Origin: a virus
Lineage: Duplodnaviria > Caudoviricetes
Direction: 5' to 3' (one strand)
IMG/VR virus record: IMGVR_UViG_3300031519_009791
Span: 1 to 45,612 of that record
DNA: 45,612 nt
The notes beneath the pieces were generated by a model. The model was not told the origin of the DNA, did not search any database, and saw nothing but the letters and a program-made list of their open reading frames with translations. Of the stretch, positions 1 to 8,559 are shown one piece after another (the first letter of the stretch is position 1; every line of letters begins with the position of its first letter). The position numbers and the translations under genes are program-made.

Positions 1-943
1 ATGTGCCTTCCTTGGTAAACATCTTCATTGCCTGCAATAATTTCTGCTCAGGCATAAACTCTAAAGCTTTCAGAAATGATATTCGATCCCCCGTTTTTGG
101 CATTGACATGGGAAGATTTTTATCATAACTAAAAGCCGAATAATTAGGAACGAATCCTGAATTTGCCATATTTGGATCAACCTTTAAATGCTTTCCTTGA
201 GATACGACACTTTGAATTTTATCGAGATGCAGTCTTCTGTATCCCCCAGCCCCTTTACCAGCTGAAGCTGCATGCACTACCCTAGACTTTCCTAGGGGCG
301 AATTTTTATCAAAATCAGCCCAAGACGAAAATCCCTTTGGAGCACTCGCTCCTTTTTTGTGAGCATGCACTCCATGTCTTGCTCCTGTAAATGTTAGATC
401 TTGAACACTTCCTGATTTAGGTTGGTATTTTATGGATTTAAATAAACCATTTGTTATGATTTTATCTAGAGCTCCCATTCCTATCGTATCATCGAACTTA
501 TTAGAATGTATTCTTCCTTTCTTAGATGCAGCTTTCGCAGCATTTATTCTTAAGCCATAATTAGGAATATGACCCTTGCTTTTCGACATATCCCAGGAGT
601 CTGGCTTGTTTATGTTTAAACTCCCCCTCATGTTTTTGGGGATAATCATTGACGGAAATAAATGAGGGGGAGTAGGCCTTCCTTGTTTCATGAAGCCATC
701 CTTCCAATACATCGACATTGCCTTATCGAACATGCCTGGACTTAAATCTCTAAATCTTTTCCCTGTTGTGTTATAAAAGTTGCCTCCCTTGTTGGTTTTT
801 GGAGTGTGATACTTCTTTACTTGCCCCGCCCATTTTGCTTGGCTTAGCATTTCATCAGAGCTTTGCATCATAGCTCTATCCGCCCCGCCCATTTGAGAGC
901 TATTCCCCCACCTACTCTTTGCAAAATTAGGAACATATCCTTT
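1..943. repeat. Long direct repeat, copy B (cassettes 9-11)
   Basis: Aligns to 3562-4492 with an offset of 3549-3561. Segment 574-940 is about 95% identical to 4123-4489 by eye. Confidence 0.93.
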
Positions 944-3900
944 GCTTAATCCTAAACCTTTCCTCATTGATTTAGTTATATAGCTACCTTCGTTAAAGTT
1001 TTTGTTGGAACCCTTCAAGGCATATTCTTTTAATTCTTTAGTCAACTCACTAACTCTTAACTTCCCAATGGATGTGCTCTGCATTCCTTTGCTCTTTAAG
1101 CTTATTAACTCTTGAGCCTTTTGTTGCATTATTCTTTTTTGCTCTTGCTCTGCTGACATTCTGCCTCCAGCCCTTACTGCTCCAGCTCCTAGTATGCCTG
1201 GAAGTAGCAATGTTGCTGCAGCTGGCGGAAGCATCGAATAGGCAGCTCCAATGCCTCCCATGGTGCCTAACCAGCCCCTAGGATCATCTAATAGAGTATC
1301 GTTGACTCCTTTCACTATTCCTTTTCCAGCTCCGTAAACCCCCTTTACAGCACCTCTTCCTAGTTTATAAGCTCCTTTGCCGAACCCCATTGCAATCTCT
1401 TTGCCCAGACCCAAAGCTCCAGTCAAGCCTTCTTTGCCCATCATTAATGCTTCTTTTCCTAAAACATAAGGAGCTAAGTTGTTTCTATTATCCCAAGCTT
1501 TTGACCCCATCCTTTTTGCAAAAGACCCAAATCCATAATTGGGAACATGCCCTTCGTTGAACCATCCTTTAGTAGCCCTGCCACCAGGCACTCTTTCTGA
1601 TTGGGGAGAACTAAATCCTGGTGATGCCCAAGTTAATTCGTGCTCTACGGAGCCCTTAGTGTTGATCTTTTTTTCTTTTAGTATTTTGTATATATCTTCG
1701 TGATACCTACCTAAAAAAGTTTGCCCGCCTGCTGTAGTAACTCCAGCTCTATAACTACCTCCGAATTTAACAGAGGAAAGAGGGTCCTTCTGCCATTTCT
1801 TGTTATGCTTAACTGTGCTAATATCAAATAATTGTGGCATGTTTGGAGATTCATAAGGCTTAGCTGCCGAATCCATTTGCCCTCTTTTTACTATAAATCT
1901 TTTTAATTTCGCAGCCTCTAGATTCTGCCTTGGGCTCATTTTACTTCTGGTGTTCATGGCCATACTTTCTGGCCTAAACATAGCATAATTGGGCACATGA
2001 CCTTTATTTGATATTTTATATGTGTAATTCTCCCCTCCCCACATTCCATTTTGTCCACCGACATCTTTGTGGAATTGAAGATCTTCAGCTTTTTCTACTT
2101 TAAATTTCTTCCCCTTAGCTATGCTATCAACAACCCTCATCGCAGAAATAGATGTGCCCATGTCTCCATATAATCCAGTGTATCCATTTTTCTTAGAGTA
2201 TTGAGCCATGTGTTCGTACAAATCTTTTCCGTAACCTTTTCCCCTTAAAGAAGGATTAGCGTCTGAAGTCATTATTACCTGCAATGCTCTTTTGTTTGGA
2301 TCTTTAAAGTCGGCGATATCTATAGCATGAGATGTTGCAAAATTTTTACCACCCACACTGGACTCAAAAAATACCTGCTTAGGAGGTCCGTCCATATCAT
2401 TTCTCGGCCCATCATCCCTAACCTTGGTTTTATATGTAGCTGGAATTCTTGCACTCGCATAATTAGGAATATGCCCACTTGCATCAAATGGATTTTTCCC
2501 GCCCATTCCTCTAAATCTTCTACTATAAATTAAACTTCTTAAATCTGGCAAGTTCTTTAAATTGTTATTTCCTCTTGCTCCTCTTGTTTTAAATTTTGAT
2601 CCCCCTAAGAACCCATCTAACTTATATGCTGGGTCTTTGTGAAGCCCTAGAGACCGAAAAGCTTGAACAGAAGTCATTCCTTCTTTTTCCATTAACCTCT
2701 CGATAGCTGCCATATCTCCTTTATTTTTCATTCCTGGAATAAGATCTCTCATTCTTTCTCCAGACGAAGTGTTTCTTGCAGCAGTATTATTTGTATTTAC
2801 AATTTGGTTAAGAACTCCAGAATCAACACCCCTACGCGTAATCGCATCGTCTCCCCTAAACCGCCCGCTTGTCGCTCCAAATTTATTATTTACAGTCTTA
2901 ATGTTGCCATCTTTGTCTATATATTGCGACCCAAGAGCAAGTCCTCCTGACCCCCTTGGAGCTCTTGAATTACCAGAACGGCCCATTCCTGACAAAGCAT
3001 CTAAGACGGCTGGGTTCGATCTAGAAAGGTGATGGAAAAGTCTTTTACGCTTATCTAAATTGCTTAAATTTTTATCTGGATCGAAAGGCAAGCCTAAAGT
3101 GCGAGGCGGAGCCATGGCTTGATTTTGAGCAAGCAGTTGATTGAAATTCTTACTACTTCTTGATTGCTTGAAAGCTTTTTCAATATAACCTCGAACAGAT
3201 CCAGATTTTTCTCCGTTAGAAGATCCAGCCATTAGAAAGTCTTCTCTTATTAAACTTAATCTATCTTTCTTTTTTTGTCCAGAATGAATTCCATCCTCAA
3301 TACTTTTCATTCTAGGAATCATTCCATATTTAGACATGAAATGTTTTTTCTCGTCCCCTGTTAATGCGGCTTCTATTCCTATGGAGGTAGATTTTCCAGT
3401 AAGATATTTGTAAAAAGATTTCATAACAGCAGGGTTTTGTAAAATTTCTCCCTGTCTTTTGTCGGAAAAGTGACCTAGTCCTAACATATTAGAGCTTCCT
3501 TGTGGGAAATTCTTCTGAAAGTCTTTTATTGACATTCCAGGATAAGACCCCTTAAAGTCAAGTGGGCCTTCCTTGGAGAACATCTTCATAGCCTGTAACA
3601 ACTTCGGCTCTGTCATGAACTCTAAAGCTTTTAGATGAGTTACTCTTTCTCCCGCTTTTGGTACTGAAAAAGGAAGATTTTTATCATGATGAAAAGCTGA
3701 ATAATTTGGAACGAATCCAGAATTCGCCATATTTGGATCAACTTTTAAATGTTTTCCTTGAGATACGAGACTACTTATTTTCTTTAATTTTAGTTTTCTA
3801 AATGCATCAGCTCCTTCTCCTGTTGATCCGATCCACATAGAGCGTGTCTCCGTGGCTTTATCCATCTCTCCATAAGAAACATAATTACCAGGAGGAGGCG

Positions 3901-6754
3901 CTCCTTTTTTGTATTTATTTACTCCCCATCTAGCATTTGTATAAGTTAAATCGTTACCAGCTTTAGATGTATAGTTTAAAGATTTAAATAAGCCAGTTGT
4001 TAGGATATTATCTAACTCCTTCATTCCTATAGTTCCATCAAACTTATCAGAATGTATTTTGCCTTGCCCTATACTTTTAATTTTATTAGCATTTATCTTT
4101 AAACCATAATTAGGAATATGCCCCTTGCTTTTCGACATATCCCAGGAGTCGGGCTTGTTTATGTTTAAACTCCCCCTCATGTTTTTGGGAATAATCATTG
4201 ACGGAAACAAATGAGGGGGAGCAGGGCTTCCTTGTTTCATGAAGCCATTCTTCCAATACATCATCATTGCCTTATCGAACATGCCTGGACTTAAATCTCT
4301 AAATCTTTTCCCTGTTGTGTTATAAAAATTGCCTCCTTTTTTGGTTTTTGGAGTGTGATACTTCTTTACTTGCCCCGCCCATTTTGCTTGGCTTAGCATT
4401 TCATCAGAGCTTTGCATCATAGCTCTATCTGCCCCGCCCATTTGAGAGCTATTTCCCCACCTACTCTTTGCAAAATTAGGAACAAAACCTTTTGAATATG
4501 GAAGTTCTAGTTTTCGGGAAGATTTCCTTGCTGAATTTAATTGTTCAACCATTCCATAAATTAAATCGTCTTGATTTGTTCCTGCCCCCCATTCTTTCGG
4601 AACATTACCTCCAAAATTCTTTAAAGATTTATTGATTTCTCCTCTAAAATCGCTTCCTTTATTTTGAATTAATTTTTTATAAATTTTTTCTCTTATAGAA
4701 TTCATTTCCGTACCTGTAGCCATTGCTGGCCCATAAGAATGCCAACTATCAGCGAATTTTTTTCCGCCACCCATTTTTAGGTTCATAGCGGTAGATTTTC
4801 CATGAATTAATGCCCTTGCTATATTTACTGGACTCTCTGAATTATAACTCAACCTATTTCTTGCAAAATTAGGAACAAAACCTCTGCTTGCATATGGATT
4901 AAACCCATGTGTTTTCCCAAATGCTTTTTTGTAATTTTTACCAGCCTTACTTGTTCTGGGAGGCATAATTGCTGGCTGAACCATTCCTGGAAAGTTTTTT
5001 ACATTTTCTGCAGTATTATATACAACTCTTCCTTGACCTGGCATATCCATTGATTTTACTGCTCCTGGTGAATAACCGCCAGCTCTTGCTCCAGATTTTT
5101 CAAAGCTTTTTTCAACACTCGATGCATAATTAGGAATGTGACCAGAACTTCTTCTTCTTAGTTGTGCATTATATCCAGCCCTAGATATAGCAGGAGCAAT
5201 AGCAGATGCAGAAGCCGCTATCCTAGTTTGCTCTTTTGATTGAGCCTGCAGTATGGTTAGAATAGTTCTTTCTTGGGCGGCTCGATTACCCTCTTGTGAT
5301 AATATCTTTTTTTGCAATGCTGAATTTTCAGCTAGAACTCCAACAATGGATTTTTGAATATCTCTTTGATTTTTTGTTGTAGAAACGATGCCTAACAACT
5401 CTTTTACAGACCCCCCTAAAAATGAGAAAGTTTTAAATAATAATTTTCCTAATATTCCTATCGCTAAGACCATTCCAGGCCCAGCTATAACATTGCCAAA
5501 ACCTTTTATAAACCCTCTGGCTGTATCTGACCCAAATCCTTCTCCGTTCTTAAGTCCATCATTTACAAAATTTATAACAGACTGAAAAGAAGCTAGATAA
5601 TTTCTAAGATTATCCTCAAAAGCTAAATTCCCAACAGTTGCCGCAAACTCTTGAATTCCAGTAGCTGCTTGACTAGTTAATGCTGATAATGTTTGATTAA
5701 GGAGTTCGTTCTTTTTAATGGCTTCATCTGTTGCTTGATTAGATATTTTTGTTGCCCTAGCAAGAATACTATTTTGCTCTCCTAAATCTTTAATTGCGGC
5801 TTTTAATATGTTGATTTGGAAAACTCCACCTACTTGCTCTGCCACTGCAGCTTTAGTGGTGTCTGCTAAATGCTCATAAGTCTTAGATAAGTTTTCTAAA
5901 ACCCTAATAGCTGGCAATGTATTACCTCTAACATCTCTAACTGCTATTCCTAACTCCTCAAGTCTTTTAATTGTGCTAGATCTTTGGATCCTAGTAAATA
6001 TAGTTTTAAAACTATTACCTATTACCTTGCCCCCTCTAGCGGTCATTTGTTGAGCTGCTGTAACTGCACCCAATAACTCATCAAAGCTAACTCCTGCGTC
6101 TTGAGCGACAGCACCAGCTCTAGAAACAGCATCAATTAAATCTTCAGTACTAACTGCAAACTGAACATCAACAGCTGCCATTTTACTTAAAATTTTAGTT
6201 GAATCAAGTCCAGCTTTATTAAATGTATTTAATGCGGCAGTTAAACCACTCACCGCATTTGCTGCGTCAAGCCCAGTTAACCTAGTTAAGATAAGAGCAT
6301 CGTTAGTTCGCTTTAGAGTTTCCTCCATAGATAAGCCCTGCCTAGCAAGCTCAGTTGCGGCTATAGCAACAGTATTAAAACTTTGAGCTGTGTTTTTTGC
6401 GACTTTAAATAAACCATCTCCAAATGCGGCTAATTGTTTATTAGTTACTCCCATGACGACATTAATATCTGCCATCCTTTTTTCGACTTGTATGGTTTCT
6501 CTAATTAAAGCTGCAAATGATTTTTGTACAGCTTGAATAATACCAACAGAAGCTCCAAAAGCTAAAACACGAGCATTAGATGCTTCAAGAGATTTATTAA
6601 ATTCACTTACAGATCCTGTAATTTTGCCCAAAGGTCTAGTGAATTGCTTTTCATTAATGTTAACAGATAAACCGCCTGTTCTGTTAACTTTTTTTACGGC
6701 ATTCCTTATTGACCTTTCTAGTCCTGACTGAACTGTTTGTACTCTAATTGGCAT
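1..6754 (-). CDS. Giant tail tape-measure protein with C-terminal modular cassette array (3' end beyond window)
   Basis: ATG at 6754 (MPIRVQTVQSGLERS...). The frame appears open to the window edge: the 11 repeated motifs are all in this frame and the track lists no terminated minus ORF here. The N-terminal ~540 aa is Ala/Leu-rich and TP901-like (ELARQGLSMEETLKRTNDALILTRLTGLD...AGVSFDELLGAVTAAQQMTARGGKVIGNSFKTIFTRI). It lies directly downstream of the tail tube gene. Confidence 0.92.
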   Translation of the reverse strand, partial: MPIRVQTVQSGLERSIRNAVKKVNRTGGLSVNINEKQFTRPLGKITGSVSEFNKSLEASNARVLAFGASVGIIQAVQKSFAALIRETIQVEKRMADINVVMGVTNKQLAAFGDGLFKVAKNTAQSFNTVAIAATELARQGLSMEETLKRTNDALILTRLTGLDAANAVSGLTAALNTFNKAGLDSTKILSKMAAVDVQFAVSTEDLIDAVSRAGAVAQDAGVSFDELLGAVTAAQQMTARGGKVIGNSFKTIFTRIQRSSTIKRLEELGIAVRDVRGNTLPAIRVLENLSKTYEHLADTTKAAVAEQVGGVFQINILKAAIKDLGEQNSILARATKISNQATDEAIKKNELLNQTLSALTSQAATGIQEFAATVGNLAFEDNLRNYLASFQSVINFVNDGLKNGEGFGSDTARGFIKGFGNVIAGPGMVLAIGILGKLLFKTFSFLGGSVKELLGIVSTTKNQRDIQKSIVGVLAENSALQKKILSQEGNRAAQERTILTILQAQSKEQTRIAASASAIAPAISRAGYNAQLRRRSSGHIPNYASSVEKSFEKSGARAGGYSPGAVKSMDMPGQGRVVYNTAENVKNFPGMVQPAIMPPRTSKAGKNYKKAFGKTHGFNPYASRGFVPNFARNRLSYNSESPVNIARALIHGKSTAMNLKMGGGKKFADSWHSYGPAMATGTEMNSIREKIYKKLIQNKGSDFRGEINKSLKNFGGNVPKEWGAGTNQDDLIYGMVEQLNSARKSSRKLELPYSKGFVPNFAKSRWGNSSQMGGADRAMMQSSDEMLSQAKWAGQVKKYHTPKTKKGGNFYNTTGKRFRDLSPGMFDKAMMMYWKNGFMKQGSPAPPHLFPSMIIPKNMRGSLNINKPDSWDMSKSKGHIPNYGLKINANKIKSIGQGKIHSDKFDGTIGMKELDNILTTGLFKSLNYTSKAGNDLTYTNARWGVNKYKKGAPPPGNYVSYGEMDKATETRSMWIGSTGEGADAFRKLKLKKISSLVSQGKHLKVDPNMANSGFVPNYSAFHHDKNLPFSVPKAGERVTHLKALEFMTEPKLLQAMKMFSKEGPLDFKGSYPGMSIKDFQKNFPQGSSNMLGLGHFSDKRQGEILQNPAVMKSFYKYLTGKSTSIGIEAALTGDEKKHFMSKYGMIPRMKSIEDGIHSGQKKKDRLSLIREDFLMAGSSNGEKSGSVRGYIEKAFKQSRSSKNFNQLLAQNQAMAPPRTLGLPFDPDKNLSNLDKRKRLFHHLSRSNPAVLDALSGMGRSGNSRAPRGSGGLALGSQYIDKDGNIKTVNNKFGATSGRFRGDDAITRRGVDSGVLNQIVNTNNTAARNTSSGERMRDLIPGMKNKGDMAAIERLMEKEGMTSVQAFRSLGLHKDPAYKLDGFLGGSKFKTRGARGNNNLKNLPDLRSLIYSRRFRGMGGKNPFDASGHIPNYASARIPATYKTKVRDDGPRNDMDGPPKQVFFESSVGGKNFATSHAIDIADFKDPNKRALQVIMTSDANPSLRGKGYGKDLYEHMAQYSKKNGYTGLYGDMGTSISAMRVVDSIAKGKKFKVEKAEDLQFHKDVGGQNGMWGGENYTYKISNKGHVPNYAMFRPESMAMNTRSKMSPRQNLEAAKLKRFIVKRGQMDSAAKPYESPNMPQLFDISTVKHNKKWQKDPLSSVKFGGSYRAGVTTAGGQTFLGRYHEDIYKILKEKKINTKGSVEHELTWASPGFSSPQSERVPGGRATKGWFNEGHVPNYGFGSFAKRMGSKAWDNRNNLAPYVLGKEALMMGKEGLTGALGLGKEIAMGFGKGAYKLGRGAVKGVYGAGKGIVKGVNDTLLDDPRGWLGTMGGIGAAYSMLPPAAATLLLPGILGAGAVRAGGRMSAEQEQKRIMQQKAQELISLKSKGMQSTSIGKLRVSELTKELKEYALKGSNKNFNEGSYITKSMRKGLGLSKGYVPNFAKSRWGNSSQMGGADRAMMQSSDEMLSQAKWAGQVKKYHTPKTNKGGNFYNTTGKRFRDLSPGMFDKAMSMYWKDGFMKQGRPTPPHLFPSMIIPKNMRGSLNINKPDSWDMSKSKGHIPNYGLRINAAKAASKKGRIHSNKFDDTIGMGALDKIITNGLFKSIKYQPKSGSVQDLTFTGARHGVHAHKKGASAPKGFSSWADFDKNSPLGKSRVVHAASAGKGAGGYRRLHLDKIQSVVSQGKHLKVDPNMANSGFVPNYSAFSYDKNLPMSMPKTGDRISFLKALEFMPEQKLLQAMKMFTKEGT
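137..5143 (-). repeat. Eleven dispersed in-frame 21-nt repeats encoding G-[HFY]-[IV]-P-N-[YF]-[AGS]
   Basis: Copies at 5123-5143 GHIPNYA, 4862-4882 GFVPNFA, 4469-4489 GFVPNFA, 4103-4123 GHIPNYG, 3698-3718 GFVPNYS, 2456-2476 GHIPNYA, 1982-2002 GHVPNYA, 1532-1552 GHVPNYG, 920-940 GYVPNFA, 554-574 GHIPNYG and 137-157 GFVPNYS. Confidence 0.95.
3562..4492. repeat. Long direct repeat, copy A (cassettes 3, 4 and start of 5)
   Basis: Aligns to 1-943. Confidence 0.93.
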
Positions 6755-6779
6755 TTTTCCTTATTCCCTATTACTTAAT

Positions 6780-6784
6780 TACAC
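6780..6784 (-). promoter_or_regulatory. GTGTA late-promoter-like motif upstream of tape-measure gene
   Basis: GTGTAATTAAGTA lies 25 nt before the ATG and just after a terminator. The same motif precedes many structural genes. Confidence 0.55.
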
Positions 6785-6803
6785 CAAAAATTTGTCTATA
6801 GAC

Positions 6804-6832
6804 AAAAAAACCCCCCATTTTCATGGGAGGTT
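6804..6832 (-). terminator. Intrinsic terminator after tail tube gene
   Basis: Minus strand AACCTCCCATGAAAATGGGGGGTT hairpin followed by a T-run. Confidence 0.8.
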
Positions 6833-6857
6833 AATTTGATGGTGGATCGGCGGAAAA

Positions 6858-8462
6858 TTATTTTAGAGCAGGCATTCCGTAGTGACCAGTGATAATCGAT
6901 CTATTAGCTCCCGATATAAAAACACCGTGTGCTAAATCCTCTGGACCACCAATTTGAGTGGTAAAGGATAAGTCAACGGATTTATTACTTCCGATATCGG
7001 AACTAACTGACTCACTGTCAATTCGAGCTCCTTTGAAATCAATAATCATAGAGTCGGTAGCTTCTCCCGCTCCGCAAGATTGATTAGCTTTCATTCTAAT
7101 TCTAACGTCTCTCTCTTCGCAATCATCAATGATGGTTGCAAGGTTTCCTGTGGAAACCTCAGAGATTAAAGCACTGATGCTCATTGTTGCAACAACTGGG
7201 AAGTCAACAACACGCGAGAATGCGAACCTTGTTCCAAGCCTATCAATTGGGCTTCTGGAAAGAGGTAAGGAAAGGCTAAAGTTCTGAATGTGAACTCCTC
7301 CATCTCCGCTAACATCAGCAAAGATAGAAAGTCCTTGAGGAACTTCAAGGGTAATATCTCCAGGACGTAAAGCTGTGGCTCCAACATTTCCAGTAGATGG
7401 TGCGACTCCTTGAGAGTCTCCCCTCATACCCGTAGGTTGACCAAGCGAGAATTGAGTGCCTGTTATTGCTTTACCATCATCAAGGGTTACACCAGGAATA
7501 TCAATCCCTGTAGTTCCCTTGTCTGACTTCGCATTGAACAACTCAACTGTAGCAGAAGCTGTGGGAATAGATCCGACAGAAGCCTCAATTGAGTAGTCAC
7601 TAAGGTATCCATTACCAAGACCAATAACACTTCTATCGTCTATTGAACGAGTCGTATTGAAAGCATCAGTACCTTCTGGAGTTGTTAGGATGAAAAAGTT
7701 TCTACCAGCAGAGTCATCTTGAAGGTGTCCTTTAGCGGAAGAAAGTTGGCTCGCTCCCATTCCTTCTCCTTTGTTATCTGCACCTTGAACGTAGAAACCA
7801 AGATTTCTTTCATTAAATCCATCGGTTGGGTAATAAGTAAAATCAAGATTAACTGTAGGTGGCTCAAGAGCGATAGCGTCAATTCTTGCGAGCTGACCAA
7901 AAGTATTAACATCAGTACGATTAATCGTAAAGCTGTAGTTAGCGCTTTGTACTCTATGAAGCTGTTGAATTAAATTCGAATAAGTTCCACTTGCAGGCTG
8001 AAGATATACACCTGTTGTGAGGTCTTGAGCGGTAGCGGTGGAGGTGGCATTATAATTAGTTTGGAATTTTTCCCAATTCGCTAAATTAGTAAAATAAGAT
8101 ACTCCTCCTACTATAGCACTGGTATTGTTCCCGTGAGAAACAACACTTGCTGTTGAAAAAGGGCTCGTTGCGGCGACTTTTCCACTAATATTGAACAAAT
8201 CTTCATTGATGAGGTTGCTTTTGATTGCAACTTTAGCTGCTGATGCAGTACCTGCAGTAGCATCACGCTGCGCTAGTAAAGGATCGATCCTTAACCCTAC
8301 TGTTTGAATTGAATGAAGTTGGGGTTCAATACTTAACGCCGACGAAGCAGACCCTGTCATGCCTCCTCCAGTTAATACCGCCGAAACTGTAAAGTGTGCT
8401 CCCGTTGCATTGGGACTTGTAAATAACGCTTCGCTTTGATAAATTACTCTGTTTCTTGCCAT
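6858..8462 (-). CDS. Major tail (tube) protein, putative
   Basis: 534 aa, rich in Gly/Ser/Thr with beta-type composition. Sits between neck genes and the tape measure and is followed by a strong terminator, as expected for an abundant structural gene. Confidence 0.7.
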   Translation of the reverse strand: MARNRVIYQSEALFTSPNATGAHFTVSAVLTGGGMTGSASSALSIEPQLHSIQTVGLRIDPLLAQRDATAGTASAAKVAIKSNLINEDLFNISGKVAATSPFSTASVVSHGNNTSAIVGGVSYFTNLANWEKFQTNYNATSTATAQDLTTGVYLQPASGTYSNLIQQLHRVQSANYSFTINRTDVNTFGQLARIDAIALEPPTVNLDFTYYPTDGFNERNLGFYVQGADNKGEGMGASQLSSAKGHLQDDSAGRNFFILTTPEGTDAFNTTRSIDDRSVIGLGNGYLSDYSIEASVGSIPTASATVELFNAKSDKGTTGIDIPGVTLDDGKAITGTQFSLGQPTGMRGDSQGVAPSTGNVGATALRPGDITLEVPQGLSIFADVSGDGGVHIQNFSLSLPLSRSPIDRLGTRFAFSRVVDFPVVATMSISALISEVSTGNLATIIDDCEERDVRIRMKANQSCGAGEATDSMIIDFKGARIDSESVSSDIGSNKSVDLSFTTQIGGPEDLAHGVFISGANRSIITGHYGMPALK

Positions 8463-8559
8463 GACTTTGGTTTGTTATATTTTAATAAAAGGTATCTGTT
8501 TACTTTAAATTACAGATAAGTAAGTATAATGTGAATATTTTTTTAATATTTTTTTAAAT

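Noticed and set aside
1-4492. Diversity-generating retroelement TR/VR pair
   Set aside because: Both copies lie in the same ORF, the differences are not adenine-specific, and there is no reverse transcriptase in the window.
137-5143. CRISPR array or integron-like cassette array
   Set aside because: The repeats are degenerate at synonymous positions and all in one reading frame, the spacers are 240-1220 nt of coding sequence, and no cas or integrase gene is present.
1-5143. Inteins or polymorphic toxin-immunity cassettes
   Set aside because: There are no C/S...HN splice motifs at module ends, and no stops or separate immunity ORFs between modules.
1072-5585. Plus-strand ORFs at 1072, 2327, 2769 and 5388
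   Set aside because: These are antisense shadows of the tape-measure gene.
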